This document shows positions 26,401-35,550 of a stretch of DNA of 64,000 bases, in pieces. Under the pieces are notes generated by a model. That model did not search any database. It had not been told where the DNA came from and saw nothing but the letters and a program-made list of their open reading frames with translations. How positions within the stretch are numbered: the first letter of the stretch is position 1; every line of letters starts with the position of its first letter. Made by a program: the position numbers and the translations under genes. This stretch comes from Escherichia phage ECML-134: the sequence record JX128259; one strand, written 5' to 3'.

Positions 26401-26938
26401 TTACTATTTCCAAAAGTTTATTATTTTTAAGGTAATTAGCCTTTTCTAGGACTTCAGAAGCATATTTAGAACCAGCTTTAACATTCCATCCCGAATTATA
26501 AGAGGATATTGCTTTTCTTATATCGCCCTTATGTATATTTAACCAATAAGAAAGTTCAATGTACGCCCAGGAAGCTGAATTGGATCGTTTATTCAACATT
26601 CTTTTTATTTCAGCATCGGTCATATTATAACCAAGTTCCTTAACTCTTGCTCGCATAGTAGGCAAATAATTTTGGAACATTCCGTAGGCGTGATGCTTTG
26701 GTTTAGATTTTAAATTAACTCCGCCAGAGCTTTCTTGCCATAAAATAGCAGCCATTATATGACCTAATCCGCTCTTGTGGATATTTTTGTGTGTTTTATA
26801 TTTTCCATCCTTAGAAAATTGTTCCCCGAATTGATACGCGTAACGCATGTTATCGAGTTGGACATTACTGAAAGTATGCTCGGAGCTATGTGCCATCATT
26901 GAAATGGCCAATAGACCAGCGAGTAGTGCTTTTCTCAT
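26393..26938 (-). CDS. Periplasmic lytic-transglycosylase-like protein (SLT domain)
   Basis: Signal peptide MRKALLAGLLAISMMAHS; ILWQESSGG...YGMFQ resembles the SLT catalytic E-S / GLMQ block. Confidence 0.55.
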   Translation of the reverse strand: MRKALLAGLLAISMMAHSSEHTFSNVQLDNMRYAYQFGEQFSKDGKYKTHKNIHKSGLGHIMAAILWQESSGGVNLKSKPKHHAYGMFQNYLPTMRARVKELGYNMTDAEIKRMLNKRSNSASWAYIELSYWLNIHKGDIRKAISSYNSGWNVKAGSKYASEVLEKANYLKNNKLLEIVND

Positions 26939-26945
26939 GCTTACC

Positions 26946-27407
26946 TCATTGAGTTTTAATTACTGCTTTAGAAGCCTTTCCTGGTAAACGACGACTGTTA
27001 ATAATTGCCATCCTACATTGGAGTGACGGGTCTTTGAACTTCTCATTAGGTTTACAAACTGTAAATCCAAGCCAAAGATTTCCATCTGTGATTTCTAAAC
27101 GTCCAGGACGATATTCAATCCCATCAATAAAATCCTCATCGATATCAGGACGCGGAGGCATACTCAGGAATTCATTAACTTCTAAAACATGGTCTTTTAT
27201 TTTATGGAATAATTCAAAAACATATGTCTCATCAATCTCCCGTTGAATTGCGCGATCAAGAAGATGCTGAGAATATTTTAGATGAAACGATGAGACTCCT
27301 GCTGCTTTTGATGCCTCACGAATCTCATTGTTAATTTGACGAAACTCCGACTCAAAGTGACGACGAAGCTTATTTCGACGGATAAAAACTTCTGTATTGA
27401 TAGTCAT
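26946..27407 (-). CDS. regB: Endoribonuclease RegB
   Basis: 153 aa; matches recalled T4 RegB sequence and length; early promoter at 27423-27470. Confidence 0.75.
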   Translation of the reverse strand: MTINTEVFIRRNKLRRHFESEFRQINNEIREASKAAGVSSFHLKYSQHLLDRAIQREIDETYVFELFHKIKDHVLEVNEFLSMPPRPDIDEDFIDGIEYRPGRLEITDGNLWLGFTVCKPNEKFKDPSLQCRMAIINSRRLPGKASKAVIKTQ

Positions 27408-27422
27408 GTTATTCTCCTCTTA

Positions 27423-27470
27423 ACTGATAGAAAAATTATACCACAGTTAAGAGGAAAAGTAAACAGTTAT
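27423..27470 (-). promoter_or_regulatory. Early promoter with stem-loop upstream of regB
   Basis: gtaaac at 27459-27464; inverted repeat taactg/cagtta flanks the -10. Confidence 0.5.
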
Positions 27471-27745
27471 TCTTTAAATCTAATCAATTTATTCATAGAC
27501 TTTGAAACTTCTGCACGAACCTCATGTAGATTTTTGAGCTGTTCAAGACGCTGCGTATAGTAAGCAATTTCATCTTCTTCGAGACAGTCCTGTGAATCTT
27601 CTTTAAGATAACGTGCATAGTCCTGGAAAGCGTTACGGACTACTTCCTGGAAGTCATCAAGACTTTGAATTTTCTTAGGAGCAACAGATACACGACGAGG
27701 GGCAGTATAATACTCATAACCAAACCCTGCGCTTAATTGAGCCAT
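27467..27745 (-). CDS. Hypothetical protein (vs.3-like position)
   Basis: Internal start MAQLSAGF gives a TAATG junction. Confidence 0.4.
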   Translation of the reverse strand: MAQLSAGFGYEYYTAPRRVSVAPKKIQSLDDFQEVVRNAFQDYARYLKEDSQDCLEEDEIAYYTQRLEQLKNLHEVRAEVSKSMNKLIRFKE

Positions 27746-28011
27746 TAGTATTTTTCCTCTGGTTGGAACACTGCACGACAAGCCCACATACTGGCTTCTT
27801 TGAGTTTCGTTTTAGCAATAGTTAACTGATCGAGGCTTTCAGCATAATTCTTCGCGAATTCACAGTCTTCACAATTATCTAGTGCTTCCCAGAATTCATC
27901 GTATAAAGCGTCAAAGATAAGTCCTAAACGAATTTCAGCGTCTTTGATAGCATTCACTTTACCGATTTTCTCTTCAGTATGCGGCTTATAACCTTTAATG
28001 TCTTCAATCAT
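27745..28011 (-). CDS. Hypothetical small protein at the vs.4 position (Acb2 candidate by synteny only)
   Basis: About 88 aa from start MIEDIKGY; T4 vs.4 is the described anti-CBASS sponge Acb2; no sequence comparison possible here. Confidence 0.35.
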   Translation of the reverse strand: MIEDIKGYKPHTEEKIGKVNAIKDAEIRLGLIFDALYDEFWEALDNCEDCEFAKNYAESLDQLTIAKTKLKEASMWACRAVFQPEEKY

Positions 28012-28225
28012 ATTTGACTTCCTCACCAGTACATAAATCATATTCAACTAAACGAATAGGTTCATGAATGCCATATCCCTGAACAGAAATTTCTGTCGTA
28101 GGATAAATTCCATCAATATCGCCCATATTCCACGCTTCATTAAATTGCTGTTCGCCTGAATTACTAAACCACTCGGCGAAAGCATTTAGCACATCTTCAG
28201 AACCTTCAATAATTATCTTTGCCAT
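28004..28225 (-). CDS. Hypothetical acidic protein
   Basis: 73 aa ORF. Confidence 0.4.
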   Translation of the reverse strand: MAKIIIEGSEDVLNAFAEWFSNSGEQQFNEAWNMGDIDGIYPTTEISVQGYGIHEPIRLVEYDLCTGEEVKYD

Positions 28226-28587
28226 TACAAACTCTCGGTAAAGGTACGAGCGATAACGTCGCGCTGCTGTTCCGGAGTCAGAGAGTTAAAGCGAACTGCA
28301 TAACCGGATACACGGATGGTCAGCTGCGGATATTTTTCCGGATGCTTAACTGCATCTTCCAGAGTTTCACGACGCAGAACGTTAACGTTCAGGTGTTGAC
28401 CACCTTCAATTTTAACTGTAGGCTGTGGCTCAATTTCAATTTCACGGGCATGCAAACCATAGAAAATTTCTGGGTCTACAAAAGAGTCCTCTTTAAAGGT
28501 TTTAGAGACAATAATTCGTGCTTGAATACCATCTTCAAAATAAATAGTACCTTTATGTGTGCCTTCAAGAATTTGATATGCTTTCAT
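28225..28587 (-). CDS. Autonomous glycyl-radical cofactor (GrcA/YfiD-like; T4 Y06I-like)
   Basis: 120 aa; C-terminal [60 protein letters not shown] carries the RVSGY glycyl-radical motif and matches my recollection of E. coli GrcA. Confidence 0.85.
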   Translation of the reverse strand: MKAYQILEGTHKGTIYFEDGIQARIIVSKTFKEDSFVDPEIFYGLHAREIEIEPQPTVKIEGGQHLNVNVLRRETLEDAVKHPEKYPQLTIRVSGYAVRFNSLTPEQQRDVIARTFTESL

Positions 28588-28594
28588 ATAAACC

Positions 28595-28924
28595 TCAATT
28601 AGAAAATAAATTTATCCAAGATTGTTCTTTAATTAAAAACGGCTCAGAATCATATGCCATTAAACTTTGCGTAATTAATCCTTTAAAAGGTCCATCAATA
28701 AATTCCATGGTAAAATATGGAATTTTATTCATTAGCCGTGCATTAGGAGCAGTGCACAAAACTCTGCATCCTTTGAATACGCCTTTTTGTAATTTGTATT
28801 GCTTAGGATAAAATTCGCTCAAAATGTTATTGTTTGCTAAAATTTCAAAATGATTCACCAATTTATTTTTAATAGTTTTTGGCGAAAAATAAAGATATTC
28901 GAAAAGCTGAGTGTCTGTCATCAT
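28595..28924 (-). CDS. Hypothetical protein
   Basis: Start at [10 protein letters not shown]; overlaps stop of upstream P-loop gene. Confidence 0.4.
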   Translation of the reverse strand: MMTDTQLFEYLYFSPKTIKNKLVNHFEILANNNILSEFYPKQYKLQKGVFKGCRVLCTAPNARLMNKIPYFTMEFIDGPFKGLITQSLMAYDSEPFLIKEQSWINLFSN

Positions 28925-29460
28925 TGCATTCCGATTACGAAAAACTGCGGACGAGTAATACCACCAATGCAACAGTTAATATTACAGCAGTGGTGTACAG
29001 TGTCAATATGGACACTATAAATCTTATCCATATCAGGAGATTTGACAGGCTCATCAATTATATACAAAATTCGCGAAAGCGATAAACCTCTGAACTTGCT
29101 TCCTTTATTACCAATAAAACTGCGTACAGAATCAGTAAATAAACGAAAACGTATATCATCATTAGAATAACGCGAAAATTCCTTTTTAATGTTATTTGCA
29201 GAAATTTTAGCGTAAGCTGAAGTATTAGAAAGAACAATAACTGTTCCACCGTCATACAACCAATTAGCGGCAAAATTAGTTACTGCAGTTGATTTACCGG
29301 ATTGACGTCCACCATCTAGTCGAAGTGTGCAATACTGCTTAAGTAAGTCTTCAAATGGCGGGATATATTCGTTTTTACAAATTTCTTCTACTCTAGCGTC
29401 AGAATGGTGTGTAAAAGCATTCATCAGGGATAGATAAGGACCAGTTAAAAATGTTCTCAT
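28921..29460 (-). CDS. Small P-loop NTPase with Cys/His-rich C-terminus
   Basis: Walker A GGRQSGKST, Walker B ILYIIDEP, C-terminal HHCCNINCC; start MRTFLTG after agagagaataaa RBS; sits where denV is in T4. Confidence 0.5.
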   Translation of the reverse strand: MRTFLTGPYLSLMNAFTHHSDARVEEICKNEYIPPFEDLLKQYCTLRLDGGRQSGKSTAVTNFAANWLYDGGTVIVLSNTSAYAKISANNIKKEFSRYSNDDIRFRLFTDSVRSFIGNKGSKFRGLSLSRILYIIDEPVKSPDMDKIYSVHIDTVHHCCNINCCIGGITRPQFFVIGMQ

Positions 29461-29494
29461 TTTATTCTCTCTAAATTTGGGCCATTCCATGGCG

Positions 29495-29530
29495 CATGAA
29501 TTGTCCATTTCTGTATTTACCCATTACCGC
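29495..29530 (-). repeat. About 34-nt repeat, copy 1
   Basis: catgaattgtccatttctgtatttacccattacc versus catgaattgtccatttctatatttacccattacc at 30144-30178. Confidence 0.6.
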
Positions 29531-29613
29531 ACTTGGGCTCGACCTTATTACAGGTTGGCGGGAATCCCTCACAGAATCATGAGGTCCAGCTTGTTCCCAT
29601 ATTTCTTATTTGC

Positions 29614-30087
29614 TTATTTGAATGATTTAACGTACTGAATAGAGCCTTTACTATTCACGAAAGCGATTTTACCATTTTTATTATACATGGTAGCAGTACG
29701 CTGATAGCCATAAGTTTGCTTACCAGATTGATAACCAACTAATGCAAAATTATCTTCACCCATTTTATTCTGTTTAGCACGAATACGTTCATGACCATGT
29801 GCCATAAGAACTTTAGCATCACCAGTTGCAATGGATCTACGAGTTTTTTCATCTTCAACTGTATTAACAAAATCGTCAAATGAATCAAATTTAGCATGTG
29901 ATTTATTATACAGTTTTCCATCTACTGCATAATTATATCCTTGTACATCCATCTCAACTTCTGTACCATCATCTAATACAGCAGTAATTTTCTGTCCTTT
30001 TTTAAATTTCAAAAGATCAGTAAAAGATTCAGCAATAATTTGAGAATTAATAGCTGCTTCAGTAATAAATTCTTGATATGTTTTCAT
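29614..30087 (-). CDS. Internal-protein-like capsid-targeted protein
   Basis: N-terminal MKTYQEFITEA matches the T4 internal-protein capsid targeting sequence; 157 aa. Confidence 0.6.
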   Translation of the reverse strand: MKTYQEFITEAAINSQIIAESFTDLLKFKKGQKITAVLDDGTEVEMDVQGYNYAVDGKLYNKSHAKFDSFDDFVNTVEDEKTRRSIATGDAKVLMAHGHERIRAKQNKMGEDNFALVGYQSGKQTYGYQRTATMYNKNGKIAFVNSKGSIQYVKSFK

Positions 30088-30143
30088 GTATATCCTTTAA
30101 ATGTAAATAGTGTTATTATTTAAGTTTTGGACAATTCACACAC

Positions 30144-30178
30144 ATGAATTGTCCATTTCTATATTTACCCATTACCAG
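30144..30178 (-). repeat. About 34-nt repeat, copy 2, adjacent to perfect hairpin tgaattgtcca/tggacaattca
   Basis: See copy 1; the hairpin at about 30128-30160 has an 11-bp stem. Confidence 0.6.
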
Positions 30179-30195
30179 GTTCGAACTCGGCTTTA

Positions 30196-30777
30196 TTAAG
30201 AATTACCGCGGGCTGCATTAGCAACAGCGTAAGCGTACTGAACATTAGCGTCTTTAAACGTACCTTTAGAGGTATCTAGTTCTGCCTTAAAGCCGCCTTT
30301 AGTCATAACCTCGGCGAATTCTTTACGGAAAGCCATTGCATCAAGGCTTCTCCATGACGATTTGTGCTTGGCGAATTCAAGACCAGCGTAGTTGACAGCC
30401 TTAGCTAATTTATTATCAATAACCCATTTACCAGCTTTAGGCACAAACACCGGGCCTTTCTGTTTAGAGAATAGTTTTAAATTCCAGCGACGAAGGTCAC
30501 CGTCAGCTTTAACAAAAGCTGCGTCCAAGTTACTAGCAACAACATCTTGAATATGGCCAAATTTAAGCCCATCAACTTCAATATTTAAATCTGTACGCCA
30601 GCGAAGTCCTTCCCAAGCGAAAGCTTTAAAGTCAGAAGCTTTTGTAGCTAAGTATCGTTCAATAGGGGCTGTTTTAGGGTCAAAGCCGTTTCCCGATCGG
30701 TAGGTCCACTCATCTTTATTAATGCCTTTGGCCTTTTCCACAGAAGCTTCAGCGATAAATTCTTTATACGTTTTCAT
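30196..30777 (-). CDS. ipIII: Internal protein III-like
   Basis: 193 aa; N-terminal MKTYKEFIAEA targeting sequence; position just before e as in T4; size close to T4 IPIII. Confidence 0.65.
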   Translation of the reverse strand: MKTYKEFIAEASVEKAKGINKDEWTYRSGNGFDPKTAPIERYLATKASDFKAFAWEGLRWRTDLNIEVDGLKFGHIQDVVASNLDAAFVKADGDLRRWNLKLFSKQKGPVFVPKAGKWVIDNKLAKAVNYAGLEFAKHKSSWRSLDAMAFRKEFAEVMTKGGFKAELDTSKGTFKDANVQYAYAVANAARGNS

Positions 30778-30807
30778 GTGTTTCCTTTAAATATTTTAAT
30801 TAGTAAC

Positions 30808-30848
30808 TGTGAATATACTATCACAGTTTTAGGAGAAAGTAAACAACT

Positions 30849-30850
<2 letters not shown>
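30808..30850 (-). promoter_or_regulatory. Early promoter with stem-loop upstream of ipIII
   Basis: gtaaaca at 30839-30845; inverted repeat actgtga/tcacagt flanks the -10. Confidence 0.5.
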
Positions 30851-31379
<529 letters not shown>

Positions 31380-31380
<1 letters not shown>

Positions 31381-31835
31381 TAAAAGAGGCTGTTCATTAT
31401 TCGGTAAAGTGAAGGACCCATCACATATTGCCACTGAGTACGAGGAATAAGAGCAAAAGCGTCCATCTCTGGAATCATAACGCCATCTTTATTTTCAAAA
31501 TAAGACTTGCAGCGGCAATTTCTAAACATCTCATGCTCTACTGGAATCGTATAATAAAATAACTGTAGGTCTTTATTACTAGAATATTTAAATACACCTA
31601 GGTCTTCTAGAAGGTCTGGATTATAATTGCTAAAACCAGTCTCTTCTAAACATTCTCTTCGTGCTGCATCTAATGCGCTTAAATCAGAATTTTCTACACG
31701 ACCTTTTGGAATATCCCAACGATGTGCCATCGTTCCAGGCTTACGAGAACCAGTAACCCGACCCATAAATAAATCTTTATCTTCTGTCATAAAGATAATA
31801 CCAGCTGATAGTGTTTTCATTTTAATTTCCTGCAT
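31380..31835 (-). CDS. nudE: Nudix hydrolase NudE
   Basis: Nudix box GRVENSDLSALDAARRECLEETG; 151 aa; start may instead be the ATGA-coupled Met at 31820. Confidence 0.8.
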
Positions 31836-32305
31836 TCAGTGATAAAGTTATTTAAATTTTGAGCATATTTCTTTTCATCAAAAATCTTTTGCTGTCTGCG
31901 TAAACGCCATGGCATTTCAATGAACATGCGCCATATTCCTGATAATACTGCTGCTGTAAAAATATTAACAAGTATAGTTAAAAGAACCCAATCTCCTATT
32001 CTGTCCATTGGATTTTTTATAAAAAAGTAAAATACGAACGATGATATAGGAAGACTAATGATATACCACAGAAGAACCTTCTTATCTGTGAACCAATCAG
32101 CATTCGTTAACTTAGCGCGACCATTTTGAATACACACGAATTTATCATCTGTTACAGTAAATGGCTTAGTTACTTGATATCCCATTCTAAACTCCCTAAT
32201 TAATCGTTTCTTTGTATCTTCGGAACAACCATTCCAGTCAACTCTATCAACTGAAATGCCATCATCCCCATCATCTAAATCATACCAGCGAGTTTTTAAA
32301 ATCAT
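31817..32305 (-). CDS. Hypothetical membrane protein
   Basis: 162 aa; two hydrophobic helices; C-terminal FITECRKLK. Confidence 0.5.
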   Translation of the reverse strand: MILKTRWYDLDDGDDGISVDRVDWNGCSEDTKKRLIREFRMGYQVTKPFTVTDDKFVCIQNGRAKLTNADWFTDKKVLLWYIISLPISSFVFYFFIKNPMDRIGDWVLLTILVNIFTAAVLSGIWRMFIEMPWRLRRQQKIFDEKKYAQNLNNFITECRKLK

Positions 32306-32664
32306 TTAATTTTCCTGCAATCACTCACAAACTCTTTCATTGCTTCATTTTCAATATAAGAAATGTAGCTATTATATTCTTTTAATTGTATTTTGTAATC
32401 CTTTTTTCTTTGCCAATTTATTTTAAAATTATCATAATGAAAATATAAAATGATACCAAAGAATGAAAACAATGAAATAATTTTAGTATAACAAAGCTCA
32501 CTCCAAACTTCTATTATATCTACTGTACCACTGATTTTTAAAATAAAACAGTCAATTAATAGTCCAATAAGACTACCTGTAAGAGCTGCAGCCAACGCCA
32601 CAGCAAAAATTAAAAATGACTCAGGAAGCGAATATTTGACTTTATTTAGTTTTGGCTTTTGCAT
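32302..32664 (-). CDS. Hypothetical membrane protein
   Basis: 120 aa; hydrophobic helices; C-terminal FVSDCRKIK. Confidence 0.5.
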   Translation of the reverse strand: MQKPKLNKVKYSLPESFLIFAVALAAALTGSLIGLLIDCFILKISGTVDIIEVWSELCYTKIISLFSFFGIILYFHYDNFKINWQRKKDYKIQLKEYNSYISYIENEAMKEFVSDCRKIK

Positions 32665-33059
32665 CGTGATTCCTTAACAAATTTCATAATTTCATTAAAT
32701 TCATACTCAGCAAGTTTAATCTGGTGTTCCTTTTTAATGTTTTTGCACTGTGCTTTCCAATCACGTACGCGTTTACGATAATGTCTTCCTTGATACCAGT
32801 ATCCTACCCAATTTACGGGTACTAATAAAAGTGGAACTATTAATGGAAGAATTAGCATTAACACAAGTATTTCGCCAGAATCAATATCAGTCATAACATC
32901 TAAAACACCTCCAATAATCAATAGAATTACAAATGATATGAGTATAACAGGACCTATTAACACATCAGTAGAAATTATCTGACGCTTTAATTCATACTTC
33001 AACGGTTTACTTGGAAGGTATAGTGATGGTTTTGACATATTCTCTACATTCCTTAACAA
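32646..33059 (-). CDS. Hypothetical membrane protein
   Basis: 137 aa; hydrophobic helices; C-terminal KFVKESRCKSQN. Confidence 0.5.
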   Translation of the reverse strand: MLRNVENMSKPSLYLPSKPLKYELKRQIISTDVLIGPVILISFVILLIIGGVLDVMTDIDSGEILVLMLILPLIVPLLLVPVNWVGYWYQGRHYRKRVRDWKAQCKNIKKEHQIKLAEYEFNEIMKFVKESRCKSQN

Positions 33060-33615
33060 ATTTTTCTAGTAATAAATCACTTTCAAAATTAGGATTTTCC
33101 ACTAATTTATCAAAAAGATCATCAACAATAGTTAAGATATTCTTTTTACTAAGAATACGTTTATTTTCATGCTTCGTTTCAGAATCAACTATAAGAGTAA
33201 AGAAATATTTCTTTCCCTGAAATTTTACAGTAGTATCAATATAAAATAAATTTGACTTTTGTAAATTACGTTTAAACCATGCGTCACTTAAACTATAAAC
33301 ACCGAGATAATCAAAATCGTCGTTTAAATAACAAACTGTCCATTCAGGAGAAATGAAATCAGTAAATTCAACATCAAAATCGCATGTCAATGAATAAATT
33401 GATTCAATACTGTTAATAAGTATTCCAGGACGTATTAAAGACTTTTTACCTCTGGAAAATCTTCCAGAAAGACTTTCATCAGTTTCATATGAAGAACCCC
33501 AATAATAATTACGTCCTTCTGCCATACGTTTAAGAGCATTTAGCAATTGGTCTGGAACATCAACCTGTCTTTGGAACTCTTCAAACATTGAATTGAAATC
33601 ACTTTGCATTTTCAT
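33007..33615 (-). CDS. Hypothetical protein
   Basis: 202 aa; C-terminal KFVKECREYVKT. Confidence 0.5.
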   Translation of the reverse strand: MKMQSDFNSMFEEFQRQVDVPDQLLNALKRMAEGRNYYWGSSYETDESLSGRFSRGKKSLIRPGILINSIESIYSLTCDFDVEFTDFISPEWTVCYLNDDFDYLGVYSLSDAWFKRNLQKSNLFYIDTTVKFQGKKYFFTLIVDSETKHENKRILSKKNILTIVDDLFDKLVENPNFESDLLLEKFVKECREYVKTITIPSK

Positions 33616-33656
33616 TCCTATTTACTCCAAGTAATAGGGGCCGAAGCCCCTTATCA

Positions 33657-34250
33657 TTATTTCAGAGAATTAATGTATTCCTGAACATCGGCAGAGGTAG
33701 TTTCAACCCCAGAAATATTACCATTAAAGGTTTCAACTCGAGCAAGAGTATCTTCAATATCAACCTTAGTCAGCGCTGCAATTTCAACTACATCATCGGC
33801 AGTACTAATTCCAAGGGCATTCGCTGCACGAGTTTCACGGATATATTCCAATTTAACTGCAAGTTCTTGGCGAGCATCATCTAACTCAACTACTTTCTTA
33901 GCGATTTCAATTCGCATTTCAGCATAACCATCAGCTTTAGTAGTCAGCTGTTCAGCTGTTCGACGATATAGCAAACCGAGTTTAGCATGCATTGTTACAT
34001 CTTGACCTTCGGAAAGAAGCTTGCGAATTTCACGCTCTTTTGATTCAGCCTGTTTATTCTTTTCAACAATAAGTTCACGAATACGTTTTTCTTCATTAAT
34101 AGATTTAACAGAAGCAGTTTTTAGGTCTTTAATTTTATCAAGCAGTTTTGCTGCTGCGACAGTATACTGTTCTTCAACAGATAGATTTTTAGCCATAGCA
34201 GAACCAAGTTTAGTGCGAATAAACTCAACAATTTTCTTCAGTGTGTTCAT
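33657..34250 (-). CDS. PspA/IM30-like coiled-coil protein (tentative)
   Basis: 197 aa, all-helical composition; local matches to E. coli PspA as recalled (R-x-AAN block, LARVETF vs MARFESF). Confidence 0.45.
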   Translation of the reverse strand: MNTLKKIVEFIRTKLGSAMAKNLSVEEQYTVAAAKLLDKIKDLKTASVKSINEEKRIRELIVEKNKQAESKEREIRKLLSEGQDVTMHAKLGLLYRRTAEQLTTKADGYAEMRIEIAKKVVELDDARQELAVKLEYIRETRAANALGISTADDVVEIAALTKVDIEDTLARVETFNGNISGVETTSADVQEYINSLK

Positions 34251-34357
34251 AGTATTTCCTTAGGTTGATTAAGATTTAAAATCCGTGAGAGTATTAGTAT
34301 TATACTCTATCTTCAAGTTATGGGCTCATAATATCTCAATCATGAGCCCGTGTAAAC

Positions 34358-34621
34358 TTATTTCATATTATTGAAATATTCTTCTACGATTTCATCGTTA
34401 TCATGGTAAACTTTAGAAGACAGTTTAACATAACCTTCAGCAGTGAACATGTTAATCACAACCTTTACAGTATACCACTGACCGTCTTCATTACCCATTA
34501 CTGCATAGGTTTCAAACATCGGATGGTCAGGACCGATAACTTTAATATCATTCACTGTACGACCAAAATCTTCTGAAACACATTTCATAAAGAAGTTGAA
34601 CAGTTCGCCGTAATTATCCAT
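34358..34621 (-). CDS. Hypothetical small protein
   Basis: Start at MDNYGELFNFF after an early promoter at 34660-34705. Confidence 0.45.
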   Translation of the reverse strand: MDNYGELFNFFMKCVSEDFGRTVNDIKVIGPDHPMFETYAVMGNEDGQWYTVKVVINMFTAEGYVKLSSKVYHDNDEIVEEYFNNMK

Positions 34622-34659
34622 TTCGTTCTCCAAGTTGTTTTTCTGTATCAGTAGTTGAT

Positions 34660-34705
34660 AGTTGTATAGTACCATGGAAGAACAGGGATGTAAACAGTTT
34701 TGTGA
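34660..34705 (-). promoter_or_regulatory. Early promoter
   Basis: tgtaaaca at 34689-34696 with gatagttgtatagtacca. Confidence 0.5.
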
Positions 34706-34825
34706 AAAAATTTTTAAAAAGTTTTGGGGAATTCTAGGGCGGGGAGGGGCAATTAAAGGATAGGATAATATATTATAAAGGGTATAAACTAAATGATGCC
34801 TAGAGAGGTCCAGAAAGGCCTAGAT

Positions 34826-34852
34826 ACCAAAAAGCCCTATCATTTAGATAGG
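34826..34852 (-). terminator. Intrinsic terminator after internal-protein-like gene
   Basis: Reverse strand hairpin CCCTATC-taaat-GATAGGG followed by CTTTTT. Confidence 0.5.
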
Positions 34853-34861
34853 GATTTAAAA

Positions 34862-35425
34862 TTATTTACCTAGTTTAGTTATTATAGCTTCTGCAGCAGC
34901 TTTTAGCTTAGATGCAGTGTTAATACGATTTTTAATTTCAGTATACGCATCGCCAAGAACATCAAGGCTATCAGAATAAACACTTACACTATTGCGTTCG
35001 CTATTTGAAATAGAACCTTTAGTTTTACGATCAAAATCGGTGTACACGTCTTGAAGATCGCGGGCTGCCTTCTTTGCATCATCCAATGCATCAAGAGCTT
35101 TATTCAAAGCATTGACATATTTTTTAGTGTCAAACATATTCTTAGAAATTTTAACAGGTACACGTTCAGGAGTAGCTAATGCAGATTTAGGAACCTGAGC
35201 GCCAGATGCCAATTTCTTAGAAATTTTGAAAAATGCTTTATTAAAACTATTTTCTTGGCTCATCGTAAAAGAACTGTTATCGATGTTATACATTTCAATA
35301 GCTTTAGCTTTCCACTTAAGAAAATCGCCGCGGTCTTTTGGGTCCAAGTGGAAGAATACTTTAGTAAGATCTGCTTCAGATGGTAATTTTGCTGCTTCGG
35401 TTAAAAATTCTGCATAGGTTTTCAT
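34862..35425 (-). CDS. Internal-protein-like capsid-targeted protein
   Basis: N-terminal MKTYAEFLTEA; 187 aa; terminator hairpin downstream. Confidence 0.55.
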   Translation of the reverse strand: MKTYAEFLTEAAKLPSEADLTKVFFHLDPKDRGDFLKWKAKAIEMYNIDNSSFTMSQENSFNKAFFKISKKLASGAQVPKSALATPERVPVKISKNMFDTKKYVNALNKALDALDDAKKAARDLQDVYTDFDRKTKGSISNSERNSVSVYSDSLDVLGDAYTEIKNRINTASKLKAAAEAIITKLGK

Positions 35426-35518
35426 TTAAAATCCTTGAAATAATCTATCGGTTGGTTATTAATTATTTATTACTTTGTTATTATCCGTAACAGCGTTATC
35501 CGAGTGATTCAAACTAAA

Positions 35519-35541
35519 AAGCCCCAACCTTTCGGCTGGGG
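35519..35541 (-). terminator. Intrinsic terminator
   Basis: Reverse strand hairpin GCCCCAGCC-gaaa-GGTTGGGGC followed by TTTTT. Confidence 0.55.
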
Positions 35542-35550
35542 CTAAGAATG

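Noticed and set aside
34752-34860. Short plus-strand ORF (MMPREVQKGLDTKKPYHLDRDLKLFT) in the G-rich intergenic region
   Set aside because: 26 codons, no RBS, overlaps terminator hairpin; more likely non-coding
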